From: Oscillospiraceae bacterium
Lineage (GTDB): Bacteria; Bacillota; Clostridia; Oscillospirales; Oscillospiraceae
Assembly: GCA_017515345.1 (NCBI GenBank)
Contig: JAFWFZ010000007.1
Span: 3,678-67,677, forward strand
Direction: 5' to 3'
Length of the DNA stretch: 64,000 bases
Part shown: piece after piece, positions 21,087 to 30,916 of the stretch
How positions within the stretch are numbered: the stretch's first letter is position 1
Layout: each line of letters opens with the position of its first letter
Made by a program: the position numbers and the translations under genes
Notes under the pieces: model-generated
What the model saw: only the letters and a program-made list of their open reading frames with translations
What the model was told of the DNA's origin: nothing
The model's database searches: none

Positions 21087-21121
21087 AAGCCGCCTGGGCT
21101 TCGGGGCTCAGGCGGTTTTTT
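21087..21121 (+). terminator. Intrinsic terminator after the lipoprotein gene
   Basis: Stem CCGCCTGGGC/GCTCAGGCGG (one G-U pair) followed by TTTTTT. Confidence 0.7.
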
Positions 21122-21226
21122 GCCGGGAAAGGCGGAAAAGCGGCTCCGTTGCGGGAATGTTAACCCGCGTTGCTTGCCCCGCGCGGCTCAGAGCGCTATG
21201 CTGATCCCATGAAAGGGGGCATCGCC

Positions 21227-21658
21227 ATGCTCAACGATAATATCAGAACGATCCGCAAGGCGCGGGGCTACTCTCAGGAGGAGCTGGCCATCCGGCTGAA
21301 CGTGGTCAGACAGACCGTATCAAAATGGGAGAAAGGGCTCTCCGTGCCGGACGCGGAGCTCCTCTCCAAAATGGCGGAGGTGCTGGAGGTCAGCGTCGAG
21401 GAGCTTCTGGGAGAGCCGAAGACGCAGCCCCGGGAGGACGACGCCGTGGTGGAGCAGCTCGCGCGCATCAACGAGCAGCTTGCCGTAAAGAACCGCAGGG
21501 CCCGCCGAATCTGGCGCATCATCGGCATCATCCTGGCCGCGCTGGTGCTGCTGAACATCATCGGCGTCGTGCTGTTTTCCGCGGACACGAAAACCGGTCC
21601 CCGGCAGGAGAGCACGGAGATCGTGACCGAGACCGTGGAGACGGGATCGGAGCCGTAA
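21227..21658 (+). CDS. XRE-family HTH regulator with a C-terminal transmembrane anchor
   Basis: HTH region IRKARGYSQEELAIRLNVVRQTVSKWEKG and one TM helix (IWRIIGIILAALVLLNIIGVVLF). The start could be ATG 21227 or the ATG 18 nt upstream. Confidence 0.8.
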   Translation: MLNDNIRTIRKARGYSQEELAIRLNVVRQTVSKWEKGLSVPDAELLSKMAEVLEVSVEELLGEPKTQPREDDAVVEQLARINEQLAVKNRRARRIWRIIGIILAALVLLNIIGVVLFSADTKTGPRQESTEIVTETVETGSEP

Positions 21659-21684
21659 CCCGGCGAGAGAGGAGCGGACACAGC

Positions 21685-22239
21685 ATGGAGCGGTATATCG
21701 CCTTTGACGTGGAAACGCCCAACGCCCGGAACAACCGCATGAGCTCCATCGGCCTCACGGTCATCGAGGACGGGGAGATCGTGGATTCCTTCGCGTCCCT
21801 GGTGGATCCGGAGGCGGATTTTGACGGGTTCAACATCGCCCTCACCGGAATCACGCCGGAGGCGGTGCGGGGCGCGCCCGCCTTCCCGGAGCTGTGGGAG
21901 CGGATCGGGCCGCTCATGCTCAGCGGCGTGCTTCTGGCTCACAACGCCCCCTTCGACATGGGCGTGCTGTCCCGCTGCCTCATGGACTATTATATCGACG
22001 TGCCCCGCTACGCGCGCTATGCCTGTACCGTGCAGATGGGCCGCCGCTGCTATCCCCGGCTCCCGGACCGAAAGCTCGGCACCATGTGCCGGTATCTGGG
22101 CATTCCCCTGGACCATCACCGGGCGGACAGCGACAGCCTCGCCTGCGCGCGGCTGGCCCTGGACTACATGCGCAGGGGGCTGGAGCTCCGGCGCTATGTC
22201 CGCACCTACGACCTGTGGGAGGGCCGCACCCTGCGCTGA
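21685..22239 (+). CDS. DEDDh 3'-5' exonuclease (DnaQ/PolC-epsilon-like domain protein)
   Basis: 184 aa from ATG 21685 (MERYIAFDVETPN). It carries ExoI FDVET, ExoII HNAPFDMGVL and ExoIII HHRADSDS, and starts 26 nt after the XRE gene. Confidence 0.85.
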   Translation: MERYIAFDVETPNARNNRMSSIGLTVIEDGEIVDSFASLVDPEADFDGFNIALTGITPEAVRGAPAFPELWERIGPLMLSGVLLAHNAPFDMGVLSRCLMDYYIDVPRYARYACTVQMGRRCYPRLPDRKLGTMCRYLGIPLDHHRADSDSLACARLALDYMRRGLELRRYVRTYDLWEGRTLR

Positions 22240-22270
22240 CGGCACAAATATAATACCTGCGGAAAAGCAA

Positions 22271-22303
22271 AACGCCTGCGGAAAAACATTTTCCGCAGGC
22301 GTT
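22271..22303. terminator. Bidirectional hairpin terminator
   Basis: 15-bp stem AACGCCTGCGGAAAA/TTTTCCGCAGGCGTT with loop ACA, between convergent genes. Confidence 0.7.
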
Positions 22304-22314
22304 CTTTCGTTTTC

Positions 22315-23106
22315 TCAGCCGTTCAGGGAGCCGCCGCAGTACTCGCAGCAGCCGCTGGCGTCTCCGGTGGTGGTGGCGCCGCACCAGGGGCAGGTCACGG
22401 CCTGCCTGGGCGCTTTCGCCTCCTCCGCGTCGCGGCGGATCTCCTGCCGCATCTGCGTCAGCGTATCCTTGATCTCGTTGCCCAGATTCAGATACTCGTA
22501 GTAATCGTTGGTCCTGACGCCGGACAGGATGCCCGTGCGCTGCACTCTCCAGCCTCCGGGCGCCGCGTTCATGGCCTGCTCGCCGGTGCTGACGGACGCC
22601 GCGTTGAGCTTGTAGTTCATCTCGTCGAAGTAGGGCGTGTTCACGTGGATGGTCACGTAGAAATCGTAGGAATACTCATACCGGGGCGGGATATAGCTGA
22701 TCTGCTTGCCGTCCTGCCCGGTGCGCTTCAGCTCCCGTCTGTTCTCCCGGACGTCCAGATCGCAGCCCGTGACCTGGGAAAAGTCCAGCACATCGGGATT
22801 GGCCTCCAGCAGGTTGGAGGCGTCTGTGACCACGAATTTACGGGCGTCCTCATCCAGTATGAGCTTCGTGAACCGGCCCAGGGTGCGCGTCGGACGAAAG
22901 GCCGCCACCGCCTCTTTATTGGCTTCCCTGTACTCAAGCTGCGCCTTGATCTCGGCCGCCGTGCTGTTCCGCCGGTCGCTGAACCAGGGGGAGAGCTTCT
23001 TGGCGCAGTCCTTGCAGAGGTGTCCGCCGTCCTCCAGCTTGCGGGTGGCAATGATGCCGATCTTCTCACCGCAGACGGCGCAGAATTTCTTGTCAAACAG
23101 TCCCAT
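22315..23106 (-). CDS. Zn-ribbon / central beta-rich domain / Zn-ribbon protein (DUF4428-like N-terminus)
   Basis: 263 aa from MGLFDKKFCAVCGEKIG...HLCKDCAKKL. It has a C-terminal CPWCG...CEYCG ribbon. The DUF4428 assignment is from memory of that N-terminal pattern. Confidence 0.7.
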   Translation of the reverse strand: MGLFDKKFCAVCGEKIGIIATRKLEDGGHLCKDCAKKLSPWFSDRRNSTAAEIKAQLEYREANKEAVAAFRPTRTLGRFTKLILDEDARKFVVTDASNLLEANPDVLDFSQVTGCDLDVRENRRELKRTGQDGKQISYIPPRYEYSYDFYVTIHVNTPYFDEMNYKLNAASVSTGEQAMNAAPGGWRVQRTGILSGVRTNDYYEYLNLGNEIKDTLTQMRQEIRRDAEEAKAPRQAVTCPWCGATTTGDASGCCEYCGGSLNG

Positions 23107-23121
23107 GGTATTTCCTTTCTG

Positions 23122-23167
23122 CAAAAAGCGGATGCCCCGGGCGCTGGAACGCCCAACGGCCCGGGGC
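23122..23167 (-). terminator. Intercistronic hairpin / partial terminator between the SPFH gene and the Zn-ribbon gene
   Basis: Minus strand reads GCCCCGGGC...GCCCGGGGC, then ATCCGCTTTTTG, immediately followed by the RBS of the next gene. Confidence 0.45.
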
Positions 23168-23201
23168 TTTGGTTCTATACTGTCATCGGATCAGGCGCGG
23201 A

Positions 23202-24527
23202 TCACACCAGATCGCCGTCGTCAAAGGGATCGCCGCACTCGGGGCAGAACTTCGGCGGATGAGCCTTGTCCTCCGGCTCCCAGCCGCACTTGTCGCACTT
23301 GTACTGGGGCACGCCGGCGGGCTTCTTGGCGCCGCACTCCGCGCAGAACTTGCCCTTGTTCACCGCGCCGCAGGAGGCGCAGGTCCAGCCGTCCGCGTCC
23401 GCGGGCTTCTTGGCGCCGCACTCGGTGCAGAACTTGCCGGTGGCGGTGGCGCCGCAGGACGGGCACTTCCAGCCGTCAGCCGCGGGAGCTGCGGGAGCGG
23501 CGGCGGCAGCCTGCTGCTGGGCGTTCATCTGATAGAGGTTCTGTGCACTGATGCCGCCCGCGCCCTGGGCCATATTCATGCCCATGAAGCCGACGGCCGC
23601 GCCGCCCTGGTTGTTGGCGGCGTCCTTCATGGCCTGGGCCTGAGCGCCCACAAGGGTCGCGGCGGCAAGGCCGGGATTCGTGTAGGCGGCGTTCTTCTGC
23701 ATCTCCTTGATCATGGCCTCGTCCTCCTCGCTGGCCTTCACGGAGGAAACGCCGAAGGAGACGATCTCGATGCCGCGCAGGTCGCGCCACTTCTCGGAGA
23801 GGACGTCGTTGAGGGCGTTGGCCAGCTCGATGGTGTGGCCGGGGAGCGCGGAATAGCGGATGCCCATGTCGCTGATCTTGGCAAAGGCGGGCTGGAGAGC
23901 GGTGAGGAGCTCGGTCTTCATCTGGCCCTCAAGGGTGTCGCGGGTGTAGGCGGAGGTGACGTTGCCGCAGACGTTGACGTAGAACAGCATGGGGTTCGTG
24001 ATGCGGTAGCTGTACTCACCGAAGCAGCGGATGGCAATGTCGATATCGATGCCGGCGCGCTGATCCACCACGCGGAAGGGCACGGGGGACGGGGTGCCGT
24101 ACTTGTTGCCGATAAGTTCCTTGGTGTTGAAGTAGTAGACCCGCTGATCCTTGGGCGCTTCGCCGCCGAAGGTGAAACGCTTCCCGATGTTCAGGAAAAC
24201 GTCCTTGATGTTCTGGGCCAGGCTGCCGCCCGCAAAGAGCGAGGGCTCCGTGGACATATCGTACTGGTACTCGCCGGGCTCGGCGCAGAGATCGACGACC
24301 TTGCCCTGCTCCACGATGAGCATGCACTGGCCGTCGGCCACGGCGATGATGGAGCCGTTGGAGATGATGTTGTCGCTGCCCTTCGTGTTGCTGGAGCGGG
24401 CGGAAACGCGCTTCTGGCCCTTGACCGCCAGCACCGTCTCCGGGATCGCCTCGCAATAAAAGTATTCCTTCCACTGGTCGGCGAGCACGCCGCCGGCAGC
24501 ACCCAGCACAGCTTTAATAAGTCCCAT
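23202..24527 (-). CDS. SPFH/band-7-like protein with three C-terminal Zn ribbons (COG4260 / YdjI-like architecture)
   Basis: 441 aa from MGLIKAVLGAAGG... The long N-terminal domain resembles the stomatin/prohibitin-like 'virion core protein' family. A Q/A-rich linker follows, then 3 CxxC-x(n)-CxxC modules. Confidence 0.75.
   Translation of the reverse strand: MGLIKAVLGAAGGVLADQWKEYFYCEAIPETVLAVKGQKRVSARSSNTKGSDNIISNGSIIAVADGQCMLIVEQGKVVDLCAEPGEYQYDMSTEPSLFAGGSLAQNIKDVFLNIGKRFTFGGEAPKDQRVYYFNTKELIGNKYGTPSPVPFRVVDQRAGIDIDIAIRCFGEYSYRITNPMLFYVNVCGNVTSAYTRDTLEGQMKTELLTALQPAFAKISDMGIRYSALPGHTIELANALNDVLSEKWRDLRGIEIVSFGVSSVKASEEDEAMIKEMQKNAAYTNPGLAAATLVGAQAQAMKDAANNQGGAAVGFMGMNMAQGAGGISAQNLYQMNAQQQAAAAAPAAPAADGWKCPSCGATATGKFCTECGAKKPADADGWTCASCGAVNKGKFCAECGAKKPAGVPQYKCDKCGWEPEDKAHPPKFCPECGDPFDDGDLV
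23317..23484 (-). repeat. Tandem 84-nt (28-aa) duplication encoding two Zn-ribbon modules
   Basis: Units at 23317-23400 and 23401-23484 both begin GCGGGCTTCTTGGCGCCGCACTC (plus strand). The peptides are ADGWKCPSCGATATGKFCTECGAKKPAD and ADGWTCASCGAVNKGKFCAECGAKKPAG. Confidence 0.85.
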
Positions 24528-24631
24528 GATCTGATCTCCTTTCAAATGTACGTTTGTTTCTATGTAAGCCTGAAAAAGCATTGCTCACAGGTCCGGTGGC
24601 CGTCGGTCCCGCGCCGACGATACCCCTCGTT

Positions 24632-24660
24632 ATTTTACTGAAAAAAAGCGCGGATAGCAA
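24632..24660 (-). promoter_or_regulatory. Putative sigma-A promoter of the SPFH operon
   Basis: Minus strand reads TTGCTA, 17 nt, then TAAAAT. The leader is about 100 nt. Confidence 0.55.
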
Positions 24661-24739
24661 GCACTATTTCAACTCCGCACTATAAAATTTACCATATTTT
24701 TTGTGAAAACAGCAAAAACGGCAGGCAGATAATGCAGAA

Positions 24740-24769
24740 GGGCATGTAAAGCCATCGCTTTACATGCCC
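24740..24769 (-). terminator. Hairpin after rpsU
   Basis: 13-bp stem GGGCATGTAAAGC/GCTTTACATGCCC. The T-tract is poor (TTCTGCATT). Confidence 0.45.
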
Positions 24770-24776
24770 TGTCGGA

Positions 24777-24962
24777 TCAATAGTATCTCTTGTTCTTATT
24801 TTTCCTGGCGGCCTCGGATTTCTTGCGGCGCTTGACGCTGGGGCTCTGGTAGTACTCCTTCTTGCGAAGATCCGCGAGCACGCCGGCCTTTGCACAGTTG
24901 CGCTTGAATCGCTTCAGGGCGCTGTCCAAGGATTCGTTTTCCTTCACATGGACTTCAGACAT
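24777..24962 (-). CDS. rpsU: 30S ribosomal protein S21
   Basis: 61 aa: [21 protein letters not shown]...[16 protein letters not shown]. Confidence 0.95.
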   Translation of the reverse strand: MSEVHVKENESLDSALKRFKRNCAKAGVLADLRKKEYYQSPSVKRRKKSEAARKNKNKRYY

Positions 24963-25032
24963 CTATATCCCTCCCTCCAAATACGCACTCTCGCGCGCTT
25001 TAAGGGCCATTGTCATGGCTTTTAGCATAGAT

Positions 25033-25061
25033 ATTATAAGCACTCGGCGCGGAATTGTCAA
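25033..25061 (-). promoter_or_regulatory. Exact-consensus sigma-A promoter of rpsU
   Basis: Minus strand reads TTGACA (25061-25056), 17 nt, then TATAAT (25038-25033). Confidence 0.7.
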
Positions 25062-25064
25062 GTT

Positions 25065-27590
25065 TTATTTTAGGATCAGGTTCACGAGCCTGCCCTTGAC
25101 CACGATGGTCCGCACCAGGGTCTTCCCCTCCATGAGCCGCATGATCTTCTCATCGGCTGTTGCGGCGGCGACCAGGGCATCATCGTCGGCGTCGGCCGGG
25201 ACCTTCACCGTGGTCTTGAGCTTGCCGCCCACCTGGACGGCGATCTCCTTCTCCGCCTCCACCGTTTTGGCCTCGTCATAGTCCGGCCAGGGCGCCACGC
25301 TGGCGTGGCCGTCAAACCCCTGGATCTCCCACAGCTCGTCGGCGATGTGGGGCGCGAAGGGCGAGACGAGGGTCAGCAGCGCCTTGATGTCGCCCCGGGA
25401 GGGCTTCGACTCATAATAGCGGTTCACCAGGGCCATCAGCGCGGCGATGGCGGTGTTGAACTTCATGGCCTCGATATCATCGCCCACCTTCCGGATGGCG
25501 CGGTGCACGTCCGCCTCGTTGGCGGCGGAGTAATCCTCGGAGCCGTCGACGCGCTCCTCCGCCAGGTTCCAGATGCGGTCCAGGAACCGCTTGCAGCCCT
25601 TGACGGCGTTGGCCTGCCAGGGGGCGGCCTTTTCAAAATCGCCCAGGAACATGATATAGGTGCGCAGGGTGTCGGCCCCGAACTCCTTCACCACGTCGTC
25701 GGGATTCACCACGTTGCCCAGGGATTTGGACATCTTCACGATGGGGTGCTCCGCCATCTCGCCGAATTTCTCCACCAGATGATGGCGGGCGGCCTCCTCG
25801 CTGCCGCAGGTCTTCAGCAGCTCCTCCTGCTCCTCGGCGGGGAGGTTCGCGAAGTTGTGGGGATTGAGGCCCAGGATCATGCCGTGGCTGGTGCGCTTCT
25901 GATACGGCTCCGCCGTGGGCACAACGCCCAGGTCGTACAGGAACTTGTACCAGAACCGGGAGTAGAGCAGGTGGAGCGTGGTGTGCTCCATGCCGCCGTT
26001 ATACCAGTCCACGGGCATCCAGTAGCCGATATTCTCCTTCGACGCGGGGGCGTCGGCGTTTTTGGGGTCGATATAGCGGAGGAAATACCAGCTTGAGCCG
26101 GCCCACTGGGGCATGGTGTCGGTCTCCCGTTTGGCGGGGCCGCCGCAATGGGGGCAGGTGGTGTTCACCCACTCGTCCATGTGGGCCAGGGGGCTCTCCC
26201 CGGTATCGGTGGTCTCATAGCTCTCCACATCGGGGAGCATCAGGGGCAGCTCCTCCTCGGGGATGGCCACATAGCCGCACCTGTCGCAGTGGACGATGGG
26301 GATGGGCTCGCCCCAGTAGCGCTGGCGGGAGAAGACCCAGTCGCGCAGCTTGTAGTTCACCTTGGCGGAGCCCAGCCCGCGGCCCTCCAGCCACTCGGTG
26401 ATGGTCTTCTTGGCCTCCTCCACGGGCATCCCGTCCAGGAAGCCGGAATTCACCATCACGCCGGTCTCGCAGTCGGTGAACGCCTCCTTCTCGATATCGC
26501 CGCCCTTGACCACCTCCACGATGGGCAGGCCGAATTTCTTCGCGAACTGCCAGTCGCGGGTGTCATGTCCGGGCACGGCCATGATGGCGCCGGTGCCGTA
26601 GGTGGCCAGGACGTAGTCGGAGATATAGATGGGGATCTCCCCGCCGGTGACGGGGTTGACGGCGCGCACGCCCATGAGCTCCACGCCGGTCTTGTCCTTC
26701 TGCAGCTCCGTGCGCTCGAAATCCGATTTCCGCGCGGCCTCCGCCTGATAACCGCGGACGGCCTCGATGTTCTCAAGAAGCGGCTCCCACTTTTTCAGGA
26801 GCTCATGCTCCGGCGACATGACCATATAGGTGGCGCCGAAGAGGGTATCCGGCCTGGTCGTGAAGACGATGAGCTCGTCCCCGGCCGTGGTCCTGAAGCG
26901 GACCTCGGCGCCGGTGGAACGGCCGATCCAGTTTTTCTGCTGGATCTTGACCCGCTCGATATAGTCCACATCGTCCAGATCGTCGATGAGGCGCTGGGCG
27001 TATTTGGTGATGCCCAGCATCCACTGGCTCTTCTCCCTGCGCACCACCTCGCTGCCGCACCGCTCGCAGACGCCGTTGACGACCTCCTCATTGGCCAGCA
27101 CCACCTTGCAGGAGGTGCACCAGTTCACGGGCATGCTGGCCTTGTACGCCAGGCCCTTTTTGAACATCTGGAGGAAGATCCACTGGGTCCACTTGTAGTA
27201 CTCCGGATCGGTGGTATCCACCACCCGGTCCCAGTCGAAGCTGTAGCCCAGCATCTTGAGCTGCTCGGTAAAGCGGGCGATGTTCCGCTTTGTCACGTCC
27301 CGGGGATGCATATGGTTCTTGATGGCGTAGTTCTCCGTGGGCAGCCCGAAGGCGTCGAACCCGATGGGGAACAGCACGTTGTATCCCTGCATCCTGCGCT
27401 TGCGGGCGATGATGTCCATGGCGGTGTAGGGCCGGGGATGCCCCACGTGAAGCCCCTCGCCGGAGGGATAGGGGAACTCCACCAGTCCGTAGAATTTCTC
27501 CTTTCCGGTGCCGTTTTCCGCGGCGTAGAGCTTCTCCCGCTCCCAGATCTCCTGCCACTTCTTCTCAATACGCGAAAAATCGTATTTCAT
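25065..27590 (-). CDS. leuS: Leucine--tRNA ligase
   Basis: 841 aa with HIGH (LHVGHP) and KMSKS (VKMSKSLGN) motifs. Confidence 0.97.
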   Translation of the reverse strand: MKYDFSRIEKKWQEIWEREKLYAAENGTGKEKFYGLVEFPYPSGEGLHVGHPRPYTAMDIIARKRRMQGYNVLFPIGFDAFGLPTENYAIKNHMHPRDVTKRNIARFTEQLKMLGYSFDWDRVVDTTDPEYYKWTQWIFLQMFKKGLAYKASMPVNWCTSCKVVLANEEVVNGVCERCGSEVVRREKSQWMLGITKYAQRLIDDLDDVDYIERVKIQQKNWIGRSTGAEVRFRTTAGDELIVFTTRPDTLFGATYMVMSPEHELLKKWEPLLENIEAVRGYQAEAARKSDFERTELQKDKTGVELMGVRAVNPVTGGEIPIYISDYVLATYGTGAIMAVPGHDTRDWQFAKKFGLPIVEVVKGGDIEKEAFTDCETGVMVNSGFLDGMPVEEAKKTITEWLEGRGLGSAKVNYKLRDWVFSRQRYWGEPIPIVHCDRCGYVAIPEEELPLMLPDVESYETTDTGESPLAHMDEWVNTTCPHCGGPAKRETDTMPQWAGSSWYFLRYIDPKNADAPASKENIGYWMPVDWYNGGMEHTTLHLLYSRFWYKFLYDLGVVPTAEPYQKRTSHGMILGLNPHNFANLPAEEQEELLKTCGSEEAARHHLVEKFGEMAEHPIVKMSKSLGNVVNPDDVVKEFGADTLRTYIMFLGDFEKAAPWQANAVKGCKRFLDRIWNLAEERVDGSEDYSAANEADVHRAIRKVGDDIEAMKFNTAIAALMALVNRYYESKPSRGDIKALLTLVSPFAPHIADELWEIQGFDGHASVAPWPDYDEAKTVEAEKEIAVQVGGKLKTTVKVPADADDDALVAAATADEKIMRLMEGKTLVRTIVVKGRLVNLILK

Positions 27591-27614
27591 TGAACATTCC
27601 TTCTTCGTCAGTTT

Positions 27615-27977
27615 TCAGTTCTCGGTCACGAGCGCGCTGATATCCAGCTCCTTCGCGTCGCTCCAGAGCCGCTCCAGGGAGTAGAACTCCCGCATCTCCT
27701 TCAGGAACAGGTGTACGACCACACAGCCGTAATCCACCAGCACCCAGCCGCCCGCGCGGTACCCCTCGATATGGAGCGGCCGCTCGCCGTTCTCCTCCAG
27801 CACCTTCTGGAGCTCGTCGGAGAGCGTTTTGATCTGGGTGGTGGAGTTCGCGGTGCAGATGATGAAATAATCCGCCAGCACGGTCACGTCGCTTGTCTCC
27901 AGCAGCTTGATGTCCGACGCCTTCTTGGAATCCAGTGTCTTGATGGCGAGCTCCGCCATCTCTTTCGGTGTCATCAT
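27615..27977 (-). CDS. rsfS: Ribosomal silencing factor
   Basis: 120 aa, RsfS/YbeB/iojap family (ADYFIICTANSTTQ). Confidence 0.9.
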   Translation of the reverse strand: MMTPKEMAELAIKTLDSKKASDIKLLETSDVTVLADYFIICTANSTTQIKTLSDELQKVLEENGERPLHIEGYRAGGWVLVDYGCVVVHLFLKEMREFYSLERLWSDAKELDISALVTEN

Positions 27978-27994
27978 GAATCAATCACTCCTTC

Positions 27995-29422
27995 TTAAGG
28001 TACCTGTTCTTCCGTCTCCTCCCAGGAGGATTCTTCCCCGGATCCTTCGTCCACCGTCTCCTCCGAGGACTCCCAGTCGGATTCCCAGTCGGATCCCTCC
28101 GTGGGCTCCGGCTCTTCATCCACAGGCTCTTCCGTGGGTTCCGGCTCATACCACGGCTCCTCCGTGGGCTCCGGCTCGTAATAAACGGGCTCCTCGCTGC
28201 GGACCGGCTCCGGGTCGTGAGAGGGCGAAGGCTCCTGCGAGGGCTCGCCGTAATAGATGATCGCGTCGGTGACCGCATCCTCCTCCGGGTAATGGACGCT
28301 GTCGGAGCCCCAGGAGGGATCCCCGGCATAATACCCGTTGGTGGAATAGAGATACCCGTCGCCGTCCCTGGTGAGGATACTCACGTCGTCCAGGGTGACG
28401 GGCTCGTCAAAGGGATTCAGCCTGTTGTTGACCAGCTCCAGCCACTCGCCCACCTTGATGGACACGAAGGAGATCTCGTCGACCATGTCGTAGTAGTTGC
28501 CGGGCATGGTGGTGAACGACACGTTTTCGGCGTCCACCTTGTAAAACTCCTGGACGAACCAGATCATGTTGCCGTAGCTCATGTCCGTTACCACATGCTT
28601 CACCGCCAGCTCCACCATGTCGGGGATGGTGATGTCGTCCCGCCTCTCCAGGATCTGATAGATCATCGTCATCATAAAGTCCTGCTGGGTGGCGATGCGG
28701 CCGATGTCCGCGTTCTCGTAGCCGGAGCGGAAGCGCATGACCTGCACGGCGTGGGCGCCGTCCAGCCACTGCTCCCCGGCGGGGATGTGGATATAGAGGT
28801 CCTGATACTGGTCCTCGTAGTCCATGTCCACGGGGACGTCATAGTATACGCCGCCGATGGCGTCCACCAGGATCTGAAACGCGTCCAGATCCACGATGGC
28901 GTAGTGGTCCACCTCATAGCCCAGGATATCCGCCAGGTGCTCGATGGTCCCTTCGATCCCCACGCTGCCGTAGAGGGAGTTGACCTTTTTCACATACCAG
29001 GGCACGTTCACCAGGGTATCCCGGGGGATGCTCACCACGTCCATGGAGTAGTTCTCCGTATCGAAGGTCGCCACCATGATGGTGTCGGTGTTGCTGTTGG
29101 CCTGGTCGGTGCCCATGACGAGGAAGGTATATTTGCTGCCGTTGCGCACGGCGGCGGAAGGCGCCTCGGGGTCCCGGCCGGACTGGTCGGCCGACGCGCT
29201 GCCGCTGCTGCCCGGCCGGCGGATCATGTTGACGGACGGGGGCTTCACGCCCATCTTGTACAGCGCGAAGAGCACCGCGGCGATACAGGCCAGCACGATC
29301 AGGATAATGACGAGGACCTTTGCCGCGCTCGTTTTCTTTTTCGCAGCCTGATACGGCGCGCGCCGGACTGCCGCGCCGGAGTCCACGTGCTTGCCGTGTC
29401 TGCTGTTTCCCACTAATTTCAT
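27995..29422 (-). CDS. LytR-CpsA-Psr (LCP) family cell-wall polymer transferase with an acidic repeat tail
   Basis: N-terminal TM anchor, LCP core (NSNTDTIMVATFD, VSIPRDT) and a C-terminal E/P/D/W-rich tail. Confidence 0.85.
   Translation of the reverse strand: MKLVGNSRHGKHVDSGAAVRRAPYQAAKKKTSAAKVLVIILIVLACIAAVLFALYKMGVKPPSVNMIRRPGSSGSASADQSGRDPEAPSAAVRNGSKYTFLVMGTDQANSNTDTIMVATFDTENYSMDVVSIPRDTLVNVPWYVKKVNSLYGSVGIEGTIEHLADILGYEVDHYAIVDLDAFQILVDAIGGVYYDVPVDMDYEDQYQDLYIHIPAGEQWLDGAHAVQVMRFRSGYENADIGRIATQQDFMMTMIYQILERRDDITIPDMVELAVKHVVTDMSYGNMIWFVQEFYKVDAENVSFTTMPGNYYDMVDEISFVSIKVGEWLELVNNRLNPFDEPVTLDDVSILTRDGDGYLYSTNGYYAGDPSWGSDSVHYPEEDAVTDAIIYYGEPSQEPSPSHDPEPVRSEEPVYYEPEPTEEPWYEPEPTEEPVDEEPEPTEGSDWESDWESSEETVDEGSGEESSWEETEEQVP
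28098..28177 (-). repeat. Three tandem ~30-33-nt repeats encoding EPEPTEEP units in the LCP tail
   Basis: TCCGTGGG(C/T)TCCGGCTC occurs at 28098, 28131 and 28161 (plus strand). Confidence 0.8.
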
Positions 29423-29435
29423 GTTATTTCCCTTT

Positions 29436-30599
29436 TCAGCCGTTCTGGCGGAGATAGTCGATGGCCTCCTGCGTGCGGCAGTGAGGCGTGATCCCGCGCT
29501 GCTTCATATCCTCCACGCTCATCTCGAGTCCCAGCCGCAGGGCGCCGTCGATATCCTCGTAGGCGAGCCTGCGAAGCTCCGTCAGGCCGTCAAAATCCCG
29601 GGTCGGCTCGATATAGTCCGCGAGGTAGATGATCTTCTCCAGCAGGGACATATCCGCCTTGCCGGTGGTGTGCCACTGGATGGCGTCGCGCACCCTTTCC
29701 GATACGCCGAATTCACTTTCCGCCACCGCGGCGCCCGTTTTGGCGTGGAGCAGCTTGAACTCCCTTTTTTCGACGTTATCGGTTATGATACCATATTTCC
29801 CGCACAATATCAACTGCTCCGCCAGCTCATATTTTTTGGTGATGTCGTGCAGGATCGCCGCCTCTCTGGCGTCGTCCGCGTCCTCTCCCCAGCGGCGGGC
29901 CAGATTGACCGCCTCCGCCTCGCACCCGGCCACATGGGCCGTGCGTTTCGGCTTCAGCCAGGCGTAGGCCTGGGTGCGCAGCCAGTCGAAGTCCGGCCGT
30001 GCGCCGTAGAGCCTGCTGCGGATGATGTACGCATAGACCGCCGGGGGCACCAGCTCCCGGCCGCCCCGGGTCTTCACCTTCTCCCGCACGGCGGTGGAGG
30101 AGGCCTCGATCACCTCGCTCCGGATGATCACCGTCTCCTCCCGCAGCTCCCGGCGAAAACTCTCCGCCTTCTCCAGAAGCTCCGGCATATCGTCCTCCTC
30201 CCTGGCCAGCACCGCGGGGCACACCTCATCCAGGATATAGCCCGCGTTGTACCAGCGGTCCAGGGTGGCGAACATATCGGTGCCCATGATGAGGAACAGC
30301 TCATCCTCCGGGTATTCCTCCCGAAGCGCCCGGATCGTGTCGCAGGTATAGCTGGGGCCGCCGCGCCGCAGCTCCAGGTCGCTGACCAGCACCCGATCCA
30401 GCCCGGAGAACGCCAGCTTCACCATTTCCAGCCGCTGCTCCCCGCTGGGGGATCCCTCCGGGATCTGCTTGTGGGGCGGCTCCCCCGTGGGCAGCACGAT
30501 AAGCCGGTCCAGTCCCAGGGAGGCGATGGCGGTCGCGGCCGCCTTCACATGGCCGATGTGCGGCGGGTTGAAGGTACCGCCGTAAATACCCGTTTTCAT
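29436..30599 (-). CDS. nadD: Fusion protein: nicotinate-nucleotide adenylyltransferase (NadD) + HD-domain YqeK
   Basis: The N-terminal half has GGTFNPPHIGH and SSTAVR. The C-terminal half has YqeK HD motifs (ILHDITK, LLHAKTG, WHTTG, IIYLADYIEPTR). It is a single 387-aa ORF. Confidence 0.85.
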   Translation of the reverse strand: MKTGIYGGTFNPPHIGHVKAAATAIASLGLDRLIVLPTGEPPHKQIPEGSPSGEQRLEMVKLAFSGLDRVLVSDLELRRGGPSYTCDTIRALREEYPEDELFLIMGTDMFATLDRWYNAGYILDEVCPAVLAREEDDMPELLEKAESFRRELREETVIIRSEVIEASSTAVREKVKTRGGRELVPPAVYAYIIRSRLYGARPDFDWLRTQAYAWLKPKRTAHVAGCEAEAVNLARRWGEDADDAREAAILHDITKKYELAEQLILCGKYGIITDNVEKREFKLLHAKTGAAVAESEFGVSERVRDAIQWHTTGKADMSLLEKIIYLADYIEPTRDFDGLTELRRLAYEDIDGALRLGLEMSVEDMKQRGITPHCRTQEAIDYLRQNG

Positions 30600-30609
30600 C
30601 GCGCTCCTC

Positions 30610-30912
30610 CTACTTTACCAGTCTGATCCTCTTCTCCGGAGGCAGAGAACGGCTGGGCCTGTACAGGATGAACCGGGTGCCGATGACCTGCACCGGCTCC
30701 GCCCGCACGGCGGCGCACAGCGTGTCGCACGCCTCCCGTGCCGTGAGGGGCGACGTCTCCAGCACCCTGCACTTGATGAGCTCCCGCGCCGTCAGCGCGG
30801 TGTCCGCCTGGGCGGTCACGTTTTCCGTGACGCCTCCCTTGCCGATCTGCAATATGGTCTCCAGTCCGTTGCCCATGGCGCGGAGCTGGGCTCTCTGTCT
30901 GCTGTTCAGCAT
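30610..30912 (-). CDS. yhbY: YhbY/CRS1-family RNA-binding protein
   Basis: 100 aa from ATG 30912 (MLNSRQRAQLRAMGNGLETILQIGKGGVT). The longer ORF-track version overlaps rdgB and is rejected. Confidence 0.8.
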   Translation of the reverse strand: MLNSRQRAQLRAMGNGLETILQIGKGGVTENVTAQADTALTARELIKCRVLETSPLTAREACDTLCAAVRAEPVQVIGTRFILYRPSRSLPPEKRIRLVK

Positions 30913-30916
30913 CCTG